Source: a bacterium (lineage in GTDB: Bacteria > Hinthialibacterota > Hinthialibacteria > Hinthialibacterales > Hinthialibacteraceae). Taken from it: DNA of 64,000 nucleotides. The stretch covers positions 1 to 64,000 of the forward strand of contig CAXXSM010000130.1 in assembly GCA_963663405.2 (NCBI GenBank), given 5' to 3'. A program made the translations under genes and the position numbers. Below, piece after piece: positions 19,570 to 29,726 of this stretch; position 1 is the stretch's first letter; the number at the start of each line of letters is the position of its first letter. Below the pieces are notes generated by a model, which saw nothing but the letters and a program-made list of their open reading frames with translations, searched no databases and was not told where the DNA came from.

Positions 19570-20436
19570 ATGAAAAAAATTTGGATCGTAACACTGCTGC
19601 TGATAATGGCGCCGGTTCTTTGCGGTTGGAGCGCGGATGTGTTCTGCCGGTATGAATACAAAGGTGAAATCCATTATGGGCAGGTGAAAGATGGAGTCAT
19701 CCACGAACTCAGCAAAGCGCCGTGGGATGGTGGAAAAGAGACTGGGGAAACGATCGGGAAAGACGATGTCCGATTGCTGCATCCCAGCGTACCGCAAAAG
19801 ATCATCGGTATGGCGGGCACGTATAAAGAAGCGTGGGCGGATGGCGCGGAGCCATACAACACCGTTCGATGGTTTCTCAAACCTCCCACCGCCGCCGCGG
19901 CGCCGAATGAGGATATAGTTCTTCCGGCGGCGTTGGATGAACTGATGGTTGAAACCGAACTGCTGATTGTAATCGGCAAGCGCATCAAGAACGCCGGTCT
20001 CGAAGAAGCTAAGGATGCGATTTTCGGCTACAGCATCGCGAATGATATCGTTGGTTCCGTCTCGTCCTATCATCGTGTAAACGGTGAACCCTTCGATCAA
20101 AAAGAGACGCTTCTCGCCCCGGCGTTGAAGCAGGGAGATGGATTCAATCCCTTCGGGCCGTTTATTTACCGGGGCGTCGATTGGCGCGACCGGGAACGGA
20201 CATTAATCGTTTCCAATGAAAAAACAGGCAAACGATTGGTTTATACACATAATACCTCGAATATGATCTATACACCGGAAAAAATCGTCAGCGATCTCTC
20301 GTGTGTCTTCTCACTCAATCCCGGTGATATCATATGCACGGGCACAACTGAAGCGCTGCCCGCCCGCGCGGGGGACCGGATGGAAGTCCGTGTTGAAGGA
20401 TTGGGTGTGATTGTCAATCATGTTGTCGCGGAGTGA
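19570..20436 (+). CDS. Fumarylacetoacetate hydrolase family protein with N-terminal signal peptide
   Basis: FLKPP, VETEL, ANDI, PFGP, LNPGDIICTGT; start at MKKIWIV after an AGG-containing RBS. Confidence 0.85.
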   Translation: MKKIWIVTLLLIMAPVLCGWSADVFCRYEYKGEIHYGQVKDGVIHELSKAPWDGGKETGETIGKDDVRLLHPSVPQKIIGMAGTYKEAWADGAEPYNTVRWFLKPPTAAAAPNEDIVLPAALDELMVETELLIVIGKRIKNAGLEEAKDAIFGYSIANDIVGSVSSYHRVNGEPFDQKETLLAPALKQGDGFNPFGPFIYRGVDWRDRERTLIVSNEKTGKRLVYTHNTSNMIYTPEKIVSDLSCVFSLNPGDIICTGTTEALPARAGDRMEVRVEGLGVIVNHVVAE

Positions 20437-20482
20437 GTATTACAGCCTCAATCATACTTAACCATTAAGGAGTCAATCAATC

Positions 20483-21382
20483 ATGCCTGTCAGCATATTG
20501 CCAAAAAACAATCGCCGGTGGTTCTTACAAACATCCGCTGGAGCCGCCGCTTTATTGTCCTTTGGCGCGCCGGGAACCAAAGGCGCTGTTCGCAAACCGG
20601 GAGACGTGGTCCGGTGGGGCTTGCTCTCCGATACGCATATCCCCAAAGATGTGACGAATGAATACCGTGGATTTCGTCCGTATGAAAACCTTAAAAACTT
20701 AGTCCCCCAACTTCTGGAAGCCGATCCGGAAGGGCTTATTATCACGGGCGATCTCGCCCGTCTGGAAGGATTTCCAGGCGATTACGCCAATCTAAAAAAA
20801 TTACTGCAGCCATTGAGTGACACAATGCCGGTTTGCATGGGACTGGGCAATCACGATGAGCGGAAAAATTTTACAGAAGCGTTCCCCGAACACCCCGTTA
20901 AACAGCAGACGGTCCGTGGAAAACACGTATTGGTGATTGAACGGCCGCCAGTCCGATTTATTGTGTTGGATTCCCTGCTGTTTTCGAATCGTGTGTCCGG
21001 TTTATTAGGGAAAGCCCAGCGGGAATGGCTGCAGGATTTCCTTCTCAATACCGATGACACACCCACATTTCTCTTCTTCCATCATCCCACAACGGATGAA
21101 GACGGCGACCTGCTCGATTCCGAAAAACTGTTCCGTATCATCAAACCACAAACAAGCGTCAAGGGTGTCTTCTTCGGCCATTCCCACGAGTACCAGCGTT
21201 CGATCGTCAGTGGTATCCACGTCGTCTCTTTGCCCGCGACGGGATATAATTTCAATGATAACGAACCCATCGGATGGATCGAAGCGTCGTTCACACGAAC
21301 TGGAGCTACGTTGAAACTTCATGCTGTGGGAGGAAACACACGGAACGACGGAGAAGTCACGTCACTGCAGTGGCGTGTCTAA
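20483..21382 (+). CDS. Metallophosphoesterase (Icc/CpdA-like), Tat-exported
   Basis: NRRWFL; SDTH, TGDL, GNHD, HHP, GHSH. Confidence 0.9.
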   Translation: MPVSILPKNNRRWFLQTSAGAAALLSFGAPGTKGAVRKPGDVVRWGLLSDTHIPKDVTNEYRGFRPYENLKNLVPQLLEADPEGLIITGDLARLEGFPGDYANLKKLLQPLSDTMPVCMGLGNHDERKNFTEAFPEHPVKQQTVRGKHVLVIERPPVRFIVLDSLLFSNRVSGLLGKAQREWLQDFLLNTDDTPTFLFFHHPTTDEDGDLLDSEKLFRIIKPQTSVKGVFFGHSHEYQRSIVSGIHVVSLPATGYNFNDNEPIGWIEASFTRTGATLKLHAVGGNTRNDGEVTSLQWRV

Positions 21383-21397
21383 CGCAAGGATAAAACA

Positions 21398-22384
21398 ATG
21401 CGATATGAATTCACTCATCGTCCGCGCCGCCTGCGAAATCATCCTCGCATCCGCGATCTAGTGCGGGAGAACCATGTGCGGTTGGATGATCTGATCTACC
21501 CGATGTTTGTCACGTATGAGAAAGGCGCCCGGAATCCCGTCCCTTCCATGCCCGGCGTGGACCAATGGGGTGTGGACCGGATTGCGGAGGAATGCAAACG
21601 AATCGAAGGACTCGGTATCCCCGCTGTGATTCTCTTCGGCATTCCCGAAACAAAGGATCCGGAAGGAACAGGCGCGTATGCGGAAGATGGAATCATTCCA
21701 CAAACGGTGGAAGCGATTCATAAAGCGTGTTCGTCTCTCGTGGTGATGACGGATGTCTGTCTATGTGAATATACCTCGCATGGGCACTGCGGCGTTCTTG
21801 ATGAGGAAACCATTCTCAATGACGAGACAGTCGAACTACTCGCCAGGGAAGCGGTAGCTCACGCCAAAGCGGGCAGCGATATCATTGCGCCGTCGGATAT
21901 GATGGACGGGCGCGTCGAAGCGATCCGTGAGGCCCTCGATGAGGAAGGATTCGAATACGTCCCTATTCTCTCGTACTCCGTCAAATACTCATCCGGTTAC
22001 TATGGGCCGTTTCGGGACGCGGCGGAATCGGCGCCCGCGTTTGGTGACCGCCGGTCGCATCAGATGGATCCACCCAACCGCCGCGAAGCCATGCGCCAGG
22101 CCGAGTTGGATCTCGAAGCGGGAGCGGATATGCTAATGGTGAAGCCGGGATTGCCGTATCTCGATATACTCCGCGATTTACGGGACCGGTACGATGTCCC
22201 CTTGGCGGTATATAACGTCAGCGGGGAATACGCCATGGTCAAAGCCGCGTCAGAACGCGGATGGATTGATGAAAAACGGGTCGTCATGGAAAACCTGACG
22301 GCGTTCAAACGCGCCGGAGCCGATATGATCTTGACCTATCACGCGCCGGACGCAGCGGAATGGCTGCGCTCGGAATCGATATAA
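21398..22384 (+). CDS. hemB: Porphobilinogen synthase
   Basis: RPRRLR, DVCLCEYTSHGHCG, APSDMMDGR, MVKPG, YNVSGEY. Confidence 0.98.
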   Translation: MRYEFTHRPRRLRNHPRIRDLVRENHVRLDDLIYPMFVTYEKGARNPVPSMPGVDQWGVDRIAEECKRIEGLGIPAVILFGIPETKDPEGTGAYAEDGIIPQTVEAIHKACSSLVVMTDVCLCEYTSHGHCGVLDEETILNDETVELLAREAVAHAKAGSDIIAPSDMMDGRVEAIREALDEEGFEYVPILSYSVKYSSGYYGPFRDAAESAPAFGDRRSHQMDPPNRREAMRQAELDLEAGADMLMVKPGLPYLDILRDLRDRYDVPLAVYNVSGEYAMVKAASERGWIDEKRVVMENLTAFKRAGADMILTYHAPDAAEWLRSESI

Positions 22385-22408
22385 ATACAAAACTGGAGGA
22401 ATTAAGTA

Positions 22409-23302
22409 ATGGATAAAATGCGCCGTTCGATTTTAACTGGAGGAGCGTTGCTGGGAGCCGGTCTGCTGGCTGGCCCTCGTGGAGTCTATGCGTCAGAGAA
22501 ACAGCAAGGGAAAAAAGGAGTCCTGCGCTTTTCCTGTCAGGAATGGATTCTTCCCGGTAAGACGCTGGAACAAAAAGTTGAGAATATGCAAAAATGGGGG
22601 ATTGAAGGCTTTGAACCCGGCGGGGGTGGACTCAGCAAACGAGTGGATGAATTCAAAAAGGCATTGGATGGAACCGGGATCAAAATCAGCGCCATCTGCG
22701 CGGGCTTTAAAGGCGCGCCGATTTCCGAGAAGGAAGAGACGCGCAAACAAAGCATGGAAACGATGAAGGAAATACTGACCGCCGCCGGACAATTGGGATC
22801 GACGGGCCTAATCATCGTTCCCGCGTTTAATGGCCAGACGACTCTCGGTCACGTGGAAGGCCGGCGCGTCCTAATCGATTTTTTGAAAGAGATCGGCGAT
22901 CACGCGCAGGAAGCGGGTACGCGGATTCTGCTGGAGCCGCTAAACCGGAACGAAGCCTGGTTTCTCCGTCAACTCTCCGACGCCGCCGCGATCTGCAAGG
23001 ATGTCAATCATCCCGCAATCTGTATGATGGGTGATTTCTATCACATGGGTGTCGAAGAACCGTGCGATTACGCGGCGTTTATCTCCTGCCGGAAATACGT
23101 GCATCACGTTCACCTCGCCAGCCGCCCGAACCGGAAGCAGCCCGGTTACGATAAAAACGATGACTTCCGTCCCGGCTTCCGCGCGTTGAAAGAAATCGGC
23201 TATCAGGATTTCAGCAGTTTCGAATGTGGAATCGAAGGAAAACCGGAAGTGGAGATTCCCAAATCGATGGAGTTCCTGCGTGAACAATGGGACGCGGCGT
23301 AA
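22409..23302 (+). CDS. Sugar phosphate isomerase/epimerase, Tat-exported
   Basis: MRRSIL; LEPLNRNE, GDFYHM, HVHLA, NRKQPG, SFEC. Confidence 0.9.
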   Translation: MDKMRRSILTGGALLGAGLLAGPRGVYASEKQQGKKGVLRFSCQEWILPGKTLEQKVENMQKWGIEGFEPGGGGLSKRVDEFKKALDGTGIKISAICAGFKGAPISEKEETRKQSMETMKEILTAAGQLGSTGLIIVPAFNGQTTLGHVEGRRVLIDFLKEIGDHAQEAGTRILLEPLNRNEAWFLRQLSDAAAICKDVNHPAICMMGDFYHMGVEEPCDYAAFISCRKYVHHVHLASRPNRKQPGYDKNDDFRPGFRALKEIGYQDFSSFECGIEGKPEVEIPKSMEFLREQWDAA

Positions 23303-23339
23303 AGACAATATTCAGCATTATGTTTGTTCGTGTTTGAGA

Positions 23340-23374
23340 GGGTGGCCAGGGGAAGGCTTTCTTCTCCCCTGGCA
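23340..23374 (+). repeat. REP-like hairpin, family D
   Basis: GGGTGGCCAGGGGAAGG-CTTTTCTT-CTCCCCTGGC. Confidence 0.8.
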
Positions 23375-23387
23375 TAATTCCCGGAAT

Positions 23388-23432
23388 GTAACGCCAGTAA
23401 AAACAACGCCGTGCGGTGGTGGCTTTTAGTTG
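23388..23432 (+). repeat. Dispersed 45-bp imperfect palindrome (family E)
   Basis: CGCCAGTAAAAACAACGCCGTGCGGTGGTGGCTTTTAGTTG matches the reverse complement of 52686-52731. Confidence 0.7.
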
Positions 23433-23496
23433 AAAAACCTTACCCTTGCCGTTCTATTACCCAAAATATTTATTTCAAATTCGATTTCAAATAAAG

Positions 23497-24438
23497 GTGA
23501 ATCCAATTTACCGGATCCCAAATCAAAACAATTGGCCCCAGGAATGGGTGAATCAGATTATCGAAGATGACGCCCAGCGCGCTCTTCAGCGTTTGCCTGA
23601 CGACTGTATCGCGCTTGCTGTCACCAGCCCCCCGTATTGGAATGTCATCGATTACGAAACCGAGGGACAGATCGGACAAACCAGCTACGAAGCGTATCTC
23701 AACGATCTTCTTCCGGTCTGGCAAGAGACATTCCGGGTACTGATTCCCAACGGCAAACTCGCGATTGTCACGCCGATTATGCCCATCCCCAAACGCGCCA
23801 TCAACGATCAACATACCCGGCATCTGAAAAATATCAGCAGTGATATTGAACAGACGATTCTCGATGCGATACCTCATTTACGCCGGTACAGTCTTTTCGT
23901 CTGGCAGAAACAGACGACGGAAAAGATGTTCGGCAGTTACCCCTTCCCTCCCAATATTTATGAAGACAATACCATCGAATTTATCAACGTCTTCGTGAAA
24001 GACGGCGCGCCGCCTTCAATTCCCAAAGAAGCGAAAGAACCGAGTCGTCTCACCCAGGAAGAATGGCGTAATCTAACCATGCAGGTCTGGCCACTCTACC
24101 CGGCGGATGTAAAACGGTCGGGAGGACACCCCTGCCCGTTTCCCCTGGCGCTGCCCCTGCGTTTGATTAAGATGTACACTTTTCAGCGCGCGCCGGAAGT
24201 GGGATTCGAGGGGGATCTCGTTTTGGATATGTTCAATGGAACAGGAGCGGCGGCCGTGGCGGCGAATTCGTCCGGGAGGAATTGGATTGGAATCGACTTG
24301 AATCCCGATTATTGTAAAACCGCCCGGTATCGGGCGGAAAACGAACGGATCGATCCCGATTGCATTCTCTTGGAATCGGTCAAAGTAAAAGGCGCCCGGA
24401 ACAGCAAAATCGTACAACCAACTTTGATTGATATGTGA
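23497..24438 (+). CDS. Site-specific DNA methyltransferase (N4C/N6A, beta class), orphan
   Basis: TSPPYW catalytic motif precedes HPCPFP and LDMFNGTG SAM-binding motif; GIDLNPDY; start uncertain. Confidence 0.9.
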   Translation: MNPIYRIPNQNNWPQEWVNQIIEDDAQRALQRLPDDCIALAVTSPPYWNVIDYETEGQIGQTSYEAYLNDLLPVWQETFRVLIPNGKLAIVTPIMPIPKRAINDQHTRHLKNISSDIEQTILDAIPHLRRYSLFVWQKQTTEKMFGSYPFPPNIYEDNTIEFINVFVKDGAPPSIPKEAKEPSRLTQEEWRNLTMQVWPLYPADVKRSGGHPCPFPLALPLRLIKMYTFQRAPEVGFEGDLVLDMFNGTGAAAVAANSSGRNWIGIDLNPDYCKTARYRAENERIDPDCILLESVKVKGARNSKIVQPTLIDM

Positions 24439-24504
24439 ATTCCATGAAGTAAAATGGGAAAAATCGGGGAAGAAGAGACTCATTCATTTACATCAGAGTT
24501 CTTG

Positions 24505-25140
24505 TTAATATAGAATATTTCGCAGTTCTTCTTCAGTAACCGGCACAAATTCTTCTTCAGCGCCAAGTTTCTCTTTAATTTTCTGACTTAGAATAAATCG
24601 GATGCCGCTGATTACATTGGTATCAAAATAGGTCTGTCCAGTGTCAAATTCGTAGTAGTATGAAATGTGTTTTTTCTTTTCGCACAGCAATTCGTCATCG
24701 GTTGTTTTAATCAGGAGAGATAGTTTTCCCGCGATGCGTGTCGATGTCTCCACTGGAGATGGTTTCATGGTTGTCGTGCCGTTCTGGTTCTTTGTATACG
24801 TTGTGGAGACCGTTCTTGATAGTGTTACTGTTTCTATATCAATGGCATAAGTCAATCGGTTGTGATCGAAAGGAATTTGTTCGGAAAATTTCGCAAATTC
24901 CAGGCGGAGATGGCGCTGAAGCGTCGTTTTTATGGAAGGTGTCAGAATCTTTGTGACAAAAATAGATTCTATTTTTTGTTTCGGAATACCATATTTTACG
25001 GAGATGATTTCACCAATTGCGCGTTGGGGATTCTTTTTTTGCTCTCGCAACACATCAGCTAACTGCTCCTCGCTGATGATTTCCATCTCCACCAGGATTC
25101 TCCCAAAAGGGATAGGTTTTCTGTTTTTGATTGATACCAT
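24505..25140 (-). CDS. Hypothetical protein with N-terminal MshEN/GspE-N-like motif
   Basis: FGRILVEMEIISEEQLADVLREQ...IGEII; GGAGAGG RBS; AT-rich. Confidence 0.6.
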   Translation of the reverse strand: MVSIKNRKPIPFGRILVEMEIISEEQLADVLREQKKNPQRAIGEIISVKYGIPKQKIESIFVTKILTPSIKTTLQRHLRLEFAKFSEQIPFDHNRLTYAIDIETVTLSRTVSTTYTKNQNGTTTMKPSPVETSTRIAGKLSLLIKTTDDELLCEKKKHISYYYEFDTGQTYFDTNVISGIRFILSQKIKEKLGAEEEFVPVTEEELRNILY

Positions 25141-25419
25141 ATTAACCTCTCCACTATGCTTGCTAAAATCAAAGAACGATAATCCAAAAAATTAATAAGG
25201 GAAAATACATTTTCCTGCAGTTATTATTTTATATCGTTTTGATAATCTTTTCTATCTTTTTGTGATAAAATATCGATTTAATTATCGCCATTAAAATAAA
25301 GAACATAAATAAAAAGATCGTGATCTTAGTATTTTAGAACAATTCAGGGAAGTAGTTATCAGGGAATTGCAAGTTAAATGATCGTAATCTAGGAAATTAT
25401 GGTCTGATATTCATTTTTC

Positions 25420-25452
25420 AAAAACCGGGGTGGATTCTCATCCACCCCGGTT
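25420..25452 (-). terminator. Intrinsic terminator of the Gfo/Idh/MocA gene
   Basis: 12-bp perfect stem AACCGGGGTGGA/TCCACCCCGGTT with T run on the minus strand. Confidence 0.75.
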
Positions 25453-25490
25453 CTGATGAAAGCAGGGGAAATAATCGTTTGTACGATCGA

Positions 25491-26864
25491 TCAGCTCGCT
25501 TTTGGAGGACTTTCGACAACGATTTCTTTATCCGAATCGAAATAAAGGACTTTGCCTTTGCGATAGGATTCGACAGACATGGCGATCGTGACCATCGCTT
25601 TATACGCGGTAAGGGAATTAAGACGCGGTTGTTCGCGGGATTTAATACAATCGAGCCAGTTCTGCATATGGTCCGAACGTCCCTCATTACTGACGGGCAG
25701 TACGATTTTTATATTTTTTCTGTTTCGACCCCGCCGGCCTTCTGTCTCTTCCTCAACCCAATAGTCTTTGAATTTCTCTTTGAATTCTTCTTCGTATTTC
25801 TTCACGTATGGAGGTTGTGGAGTGACGGTGATGTGATCCGTATGGCCTTCAAACATCCCGTGTTCGACCATGACGATGGTTCCCTCATGACCGCGGATCA
25901 AGCCAGGGATATGGGTGTCGTTCGCCATGCTGGACGAAAGCACAACCTGATGCTCACCTGGATATTCGGCCATGAAAGCGAACGTATCGGGCACTTCGCG
26001 GGTGTCTTTAAAAACATAGATACCGCCGCTGCCCATGACTTTATAGGGGAACTGCGCTTCCGGCCAACAGATGTTGAGTGGAGCCATAACGTGATAAAAG
26101 AGGTCGGTGGCGATCCCGCCGGAATAATCCCAGAATTTGCGGAAACGGAAGAAGCGGTCCGGATCCCATTCCCGTTCCTGTGTGGGGCCAAGCCAGGTTT
26201 CCCAGTCAATATAGAGATCACCTTTCCCATCCGGACCGGCGCCTTCGTCGATGCCCCAGTTCCATTCGCCTTCAGTAGAGTTGCGGTGGTAGGAGCCTTG
26301 GCTCATAATCAGTTTCCCGATCAAGCCGTCTTTAATGGCTTCTTTGGCTTTCCACCATTGGTCGCTGGAGGTGGTTTGACTCCCGATCTGCATAACACGC
26401 CCGGTTTTCAGACGGGTTTCATGGACCAGTTTCGCTTCCGGGACGGTCTTGGTCATTGGTTTTTCGCAATAGACGTCTTTGCCCTTTTTCATTGCTTCGA
26501 TGGAGATCCGGGCATGCCAGTGGTCCGGGGTGGCGATGATGACGGCGTCAACATCGTCGCGGTCGAGGATTTCTTTATAATCGGCGACGCAATCGCGTTC
26601 ACTATCGGGATCGAGCCCCGCGCGTTTCGCGGCTTCTTTACGGCGGGAGACGTAGCAGTCGCAGACTGCGACGATTTTTGCGTCGTCTTTCTGCCGGATC
26701 CAATTCAACAAAGCGCTTCCACGTCCACCAACGCCGATGATTCCAACGTTGATTTTGCTGTTCGCTTCCGTTTCAGCGGCGCTGGCGGAATACTGCAAGG
26801 TGGTCAGCCCAGCGGCGGCGATCCCCGTCGTTTTCAAAAAATCTCTTCTGGTGTTGTCTGTCAT
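25491..26864 (-). CDS. Gfo/Idh/MocA family oxidoreductase, Tat-exported
   Basis: TRRDFLK; [28 protein letters not shown]. Confidence 0.92.
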   Translation of the reverse strand: MTDNTRRDFLKTTGIAAAGLTTLQYSASAAETEANSKINVGIIGVGGRGSALLNWIRQKDDAKIVAVCDCYVSRRKEAAKRAGLDPDSERDCVADYKEILDRDDVDAVIIATPDHWHARISIEAMKKGKDVYCEKPMTKTVPEAKLVHETRLKTGRVMQIGSQTTSSDQWWKAKEAIKDGLIGKLIMSQGSYHRNSTEGEWNWGIDEGAGPDGKGDLYIDWETWLGPTQEREWDPDRFFRFRKFWDYSGGIATDLFYHVMAPLNICWPEAQFPYKVMGSGGIYVFKDTREVPDTFAFMAEYPGEHQVVLSSSMANDTHIPGLIRGHEGTIVMVEHGMFEGHTDHITVTPQPPYVKKYEEEFKEKFKDYWVEEETEGRRGRNRKNIKIVLPVSNEGRSDHMQNWLDCIKSREQPRLNSLTAYKAMVTIAMSVESYRKGKVLYFDSDKEIVVESPPKAS

Positions 26865-26967
26865 TCTGTTTTCTCCCAAATTTTAAAGATGAAGCGATGG
26901 TTCCTTTTATAATTAATGGATATCGCGGTCAAGGATTGTATATAAGAGTATCTTACTCGGATACGAC

Positions 26968-27381
26968 TTGGAAAGAAATGGGCAGACCGCGATCAAAGAA
27001 GTTCTTTCAAATCGATTAAGGTTTTTAATGAATGGCAGCGGAGTGGATAAAGTTGTTTTTCAAACGGAAATATATCAGCTACCTGCCCCAGTTTTTGAAA
27101 TCTGTGGTGATAATACGCGAGCTATTCTGTTTGCTCATCGTCCTATGAATCGAATGGACAAGAAGGATCGTGTTCACGCATGCTATTTACACGCCTGTCT
27201 TCGATATGTTAATAAAGATTTCATGACTAATTCTAGTTTGCGCGAAAGATTCGGGATAGAATCACAAAATAGCGCCATTGCTTCTCGTATAATAAAAGAT
27301 ACATTGGATGCTGAATTGATTCGTTTATATGATCCAGACTCTTCAAAGAAATTTACTAAATATGTTCCTTTCTGGAGTTGA
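26968..27381 (+). pseudogene. C-terminal fragment of an ATP-binding transcriptional regulator (HATPase_c_4/RecG-C tail with HTH)
   Basis: GSGVDKVV...QLPAPVF...YLHACLRYV...MTNSSLRERFGI...YVPFW; N-terminal domains absent; AT-rich. Confidence 0.7.
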
Positions 27382-27628
27382 AAATGCCATTTTTTTATTT
27401 GACGGTTATTTGATGGTTATTTGACAGAATCGATGATTCCTTAGAAATGGTTTAAATGGGTGTTTTCTAACCTGCTCATTTTATTGCATTTATAATTTTC
27501 TTCTCTATGAATTTTTATTTGATGGCATTTTGATGATTCGAAGAAAAGGGAATGAATTCCGGCTTATGTGAGCTATGGAATGCTTTGATTTTTTTTGAAT
27601 TGAATAGATTGATATTACGTAAGTTTTC

Positions 27629-28410
27629 TTAAATCTTCCCCCGCTCCAACCATTTCAATATCGCCTGGTTCACTTTTTTCGGTTGTTCGAGGGGAGCCAA
27701 GTGGCCTGCTTGAGGGATGATTTCCAGGTGAGAGTGGGGGATCGCTTCTTTCATTGACCGGGCCAGGTCCGGCGGAGTCAGCAGATCGTCCTTTCCAACG
27801 AGAATTAGAGTGGGTACTGATATTTCCTTCAATAAATCAGACGAATCCGGACGGGCGGCCATTGCTTGAAGGGCATGGATGATACCGATAGGGGAATTGT
27901 GTTGAATGGTTTGATGGACCTTCTCAACAAGTTCCTTCCGTTTCTCCAACGTTTCGGGACCGAGTAGATTGGGGGTCATTGTCCCCGCGAGCGCGACGGC
28001 GCCGTTCGATCGCACTTCATCGATAGTGTTGCTCCGTTTCTCACGGGCTTCTTTGGTATCAGCTTCCGCGCGGGTGTCGCTAAGGATGAGCCCAGCGAAG
28101 CGATTGGAGGCTCTGCGCCACATCTCGAAAAGGATATAACCACCCATCGAGCATCCAGCGAAAATCGCTTTCTCAACGCCTTTTTCATCCAGGAAAGAAA
28201 AAATCGCGTCCGCATACGCGCCCATACTCCCTTCTTCTTCCTGTAGAGGCGGCGTTTTACCGAATCCGGGCAGGTCGAATGTAATGACGCGCCTTTTTGT
28301 GGACAAACCATTCAACTGATGTTCCCACATCGTCTGGTCAAGAGGGAAGGCGTGAACGAATACAAATGGTGAACCTTTAGCGGTTCCTTTTCAGAACAAT
28401 CAAATTTCAT
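27629..28410 (-). CDS. Alpha/beta fold hydrolase; frameshift near 28385
   Basis: GGAGG RBS; FVHAFPLDQTMW, DLPGFG, GCSMGG, VGKDD, AGHL. Confidence 0.9.
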
Positions 28411-28533
28411 GGTTGCGCTCCTCCATCAAGTTTCCCTGGCGCGGGCCGAAAATGAATATATCTTCAGTGAAACTACGTTTGATATTATTAATACTATATC
28501 CAAAAAACGGTGAAGGTGTGAGGTTCAATCAAC

Positions 28534-29559
28534 GTGACCGCTTCCGTGGACGTCGAGACGAAAATCGATCATAACTACCATCAGCTGCCCAGTGAGAGAG
28601 TGAACGCGTGGGAACGCGCGCTGCCCGCGGCGTATTTTGAATACCGCCGCAAATGGGAAGAGTATCCGAAACAACGGATCGTCAAGGCGTTTCCCGTCCA
28701 TTTGGATATCGAAGCCACGTCCCATTGCAACTTGAAATGCGTCATGTGTCCCCGGACCGAGATGATCGAAGAGGGTACCTTCTGGAAGGTTCAACATTTC
28801 GATATGGATCTATACAGACGGCTCGTAGAGGAAGGGCGTGAGAAGGGGCTTTGTTCGATCAAGTTCAACTATCTCGGTGAACCGCTCCTCAATCCACGAT
28901 TGGTCGAGATGATTCTGTTTGCGAAAGAGAATGGGGTAGTAGATGTGATGTTCAACACAAACGCCGCCGCGTTGACTGAACGGACTGCCCGCGAATTGAT
29001 CGATTCCGGTCTAGATAAACTCTTTTTCTCTTTCGATTCACCCTATCGAGAACATTACAACAAGATCCGCGTGAACGCCGATTATGATAAAGTCCTCCAA
29101 AATATCAAGAATTTTATGCGGTTTCGCGCCGAAATGATCCCTAAACCGTTTACGCGGGTATCGATGGTCCGGATGAAGGAAAACGGGAGGAATGGCGGGC
29201 GTTTCAGGAATTATTCGAGCCGATCGTTGACGCCGTCGCTTGGGTGGATTATATCGAACATTCCAACGCCGCTGGTTCGGGGAAAGGGAAGATGCGGGAT
29301 TCTTCTACAGTCGAAAGCCGGATAGCCTTCTGCTGTCCACAACTGTGGCAGCGTATGTTTGTGCATCCCGATGGGGTGGTTACTGTCTGTTGCGTCGATT
29401 CTGCGCGGAAACTGCAAGTGGGCAGCATCCATAATAAAAACAGTGGAAGAGATCTGGACAGGTCCGGCGTATCAGAAACTGCGTGACCTGCACGCTGCGG
29501 GAAGGATTCATGAAATCCCCGTCTGCGCAAATTGTCACTTGGCCCGGACACCACGATGA
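28534..29559 (+). CDS. Radical SAM protein with SPASM/twitch domain; frameshifts near 29180 and 29437
   Basis: CNLKCVMC, GEPLL; downstream frames give CPQLWQRMFVHPDGVVTVCC and CANC. Confidence 0.85.
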
Positions 29560-29593
29560 TTAGGGGATTAGGTTGAAGACTGAAGACTGAAGG
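29560..29593 (+). repeat. Heptamer-based dispersed repeat (family F)
   Basis: TTAGGGGATTAGGTTGAAGACTGAAGACTGAAGG; reverse-complement match at 34127-34163. Confidence 0.6.
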
Positions 29594-29665
29594 CGCGCGC
29601 GAATGGAAGGTTATTCATCCTAATGGCGTATACTCTCGACAATTCGAATTCACAAAAAAAATGGT

Positions 29666-29699
29666 GGGTGGCCAGGGCAAGGCGTTTTTCTGCCCTGGC
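29666..29699 (+). repeat. REP-like hairpin, family D
   Basis: GGGTGGCCAGGGCAAGG-CGTTTTT-CTGCCCTGGC between convergent genes. Confidence 0.85.
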
Positions 29700-29726
29700 G
29701 CGACACTCTCGAAAATTCAATTTCCC

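Noticed and set aside
23388-24438. Methyltransferase as a bona fide integron cassette
   Set aside because: No integrase, no second attC-like site after the gene, and the other repeat copy lacks core sites; kept only as an unexplained repeat
25479-26912. 477-aa plus-strand ORF
   Set aside because: Antisense shadow of the Gfo/Idh/MocA gene with no recognisable motifs
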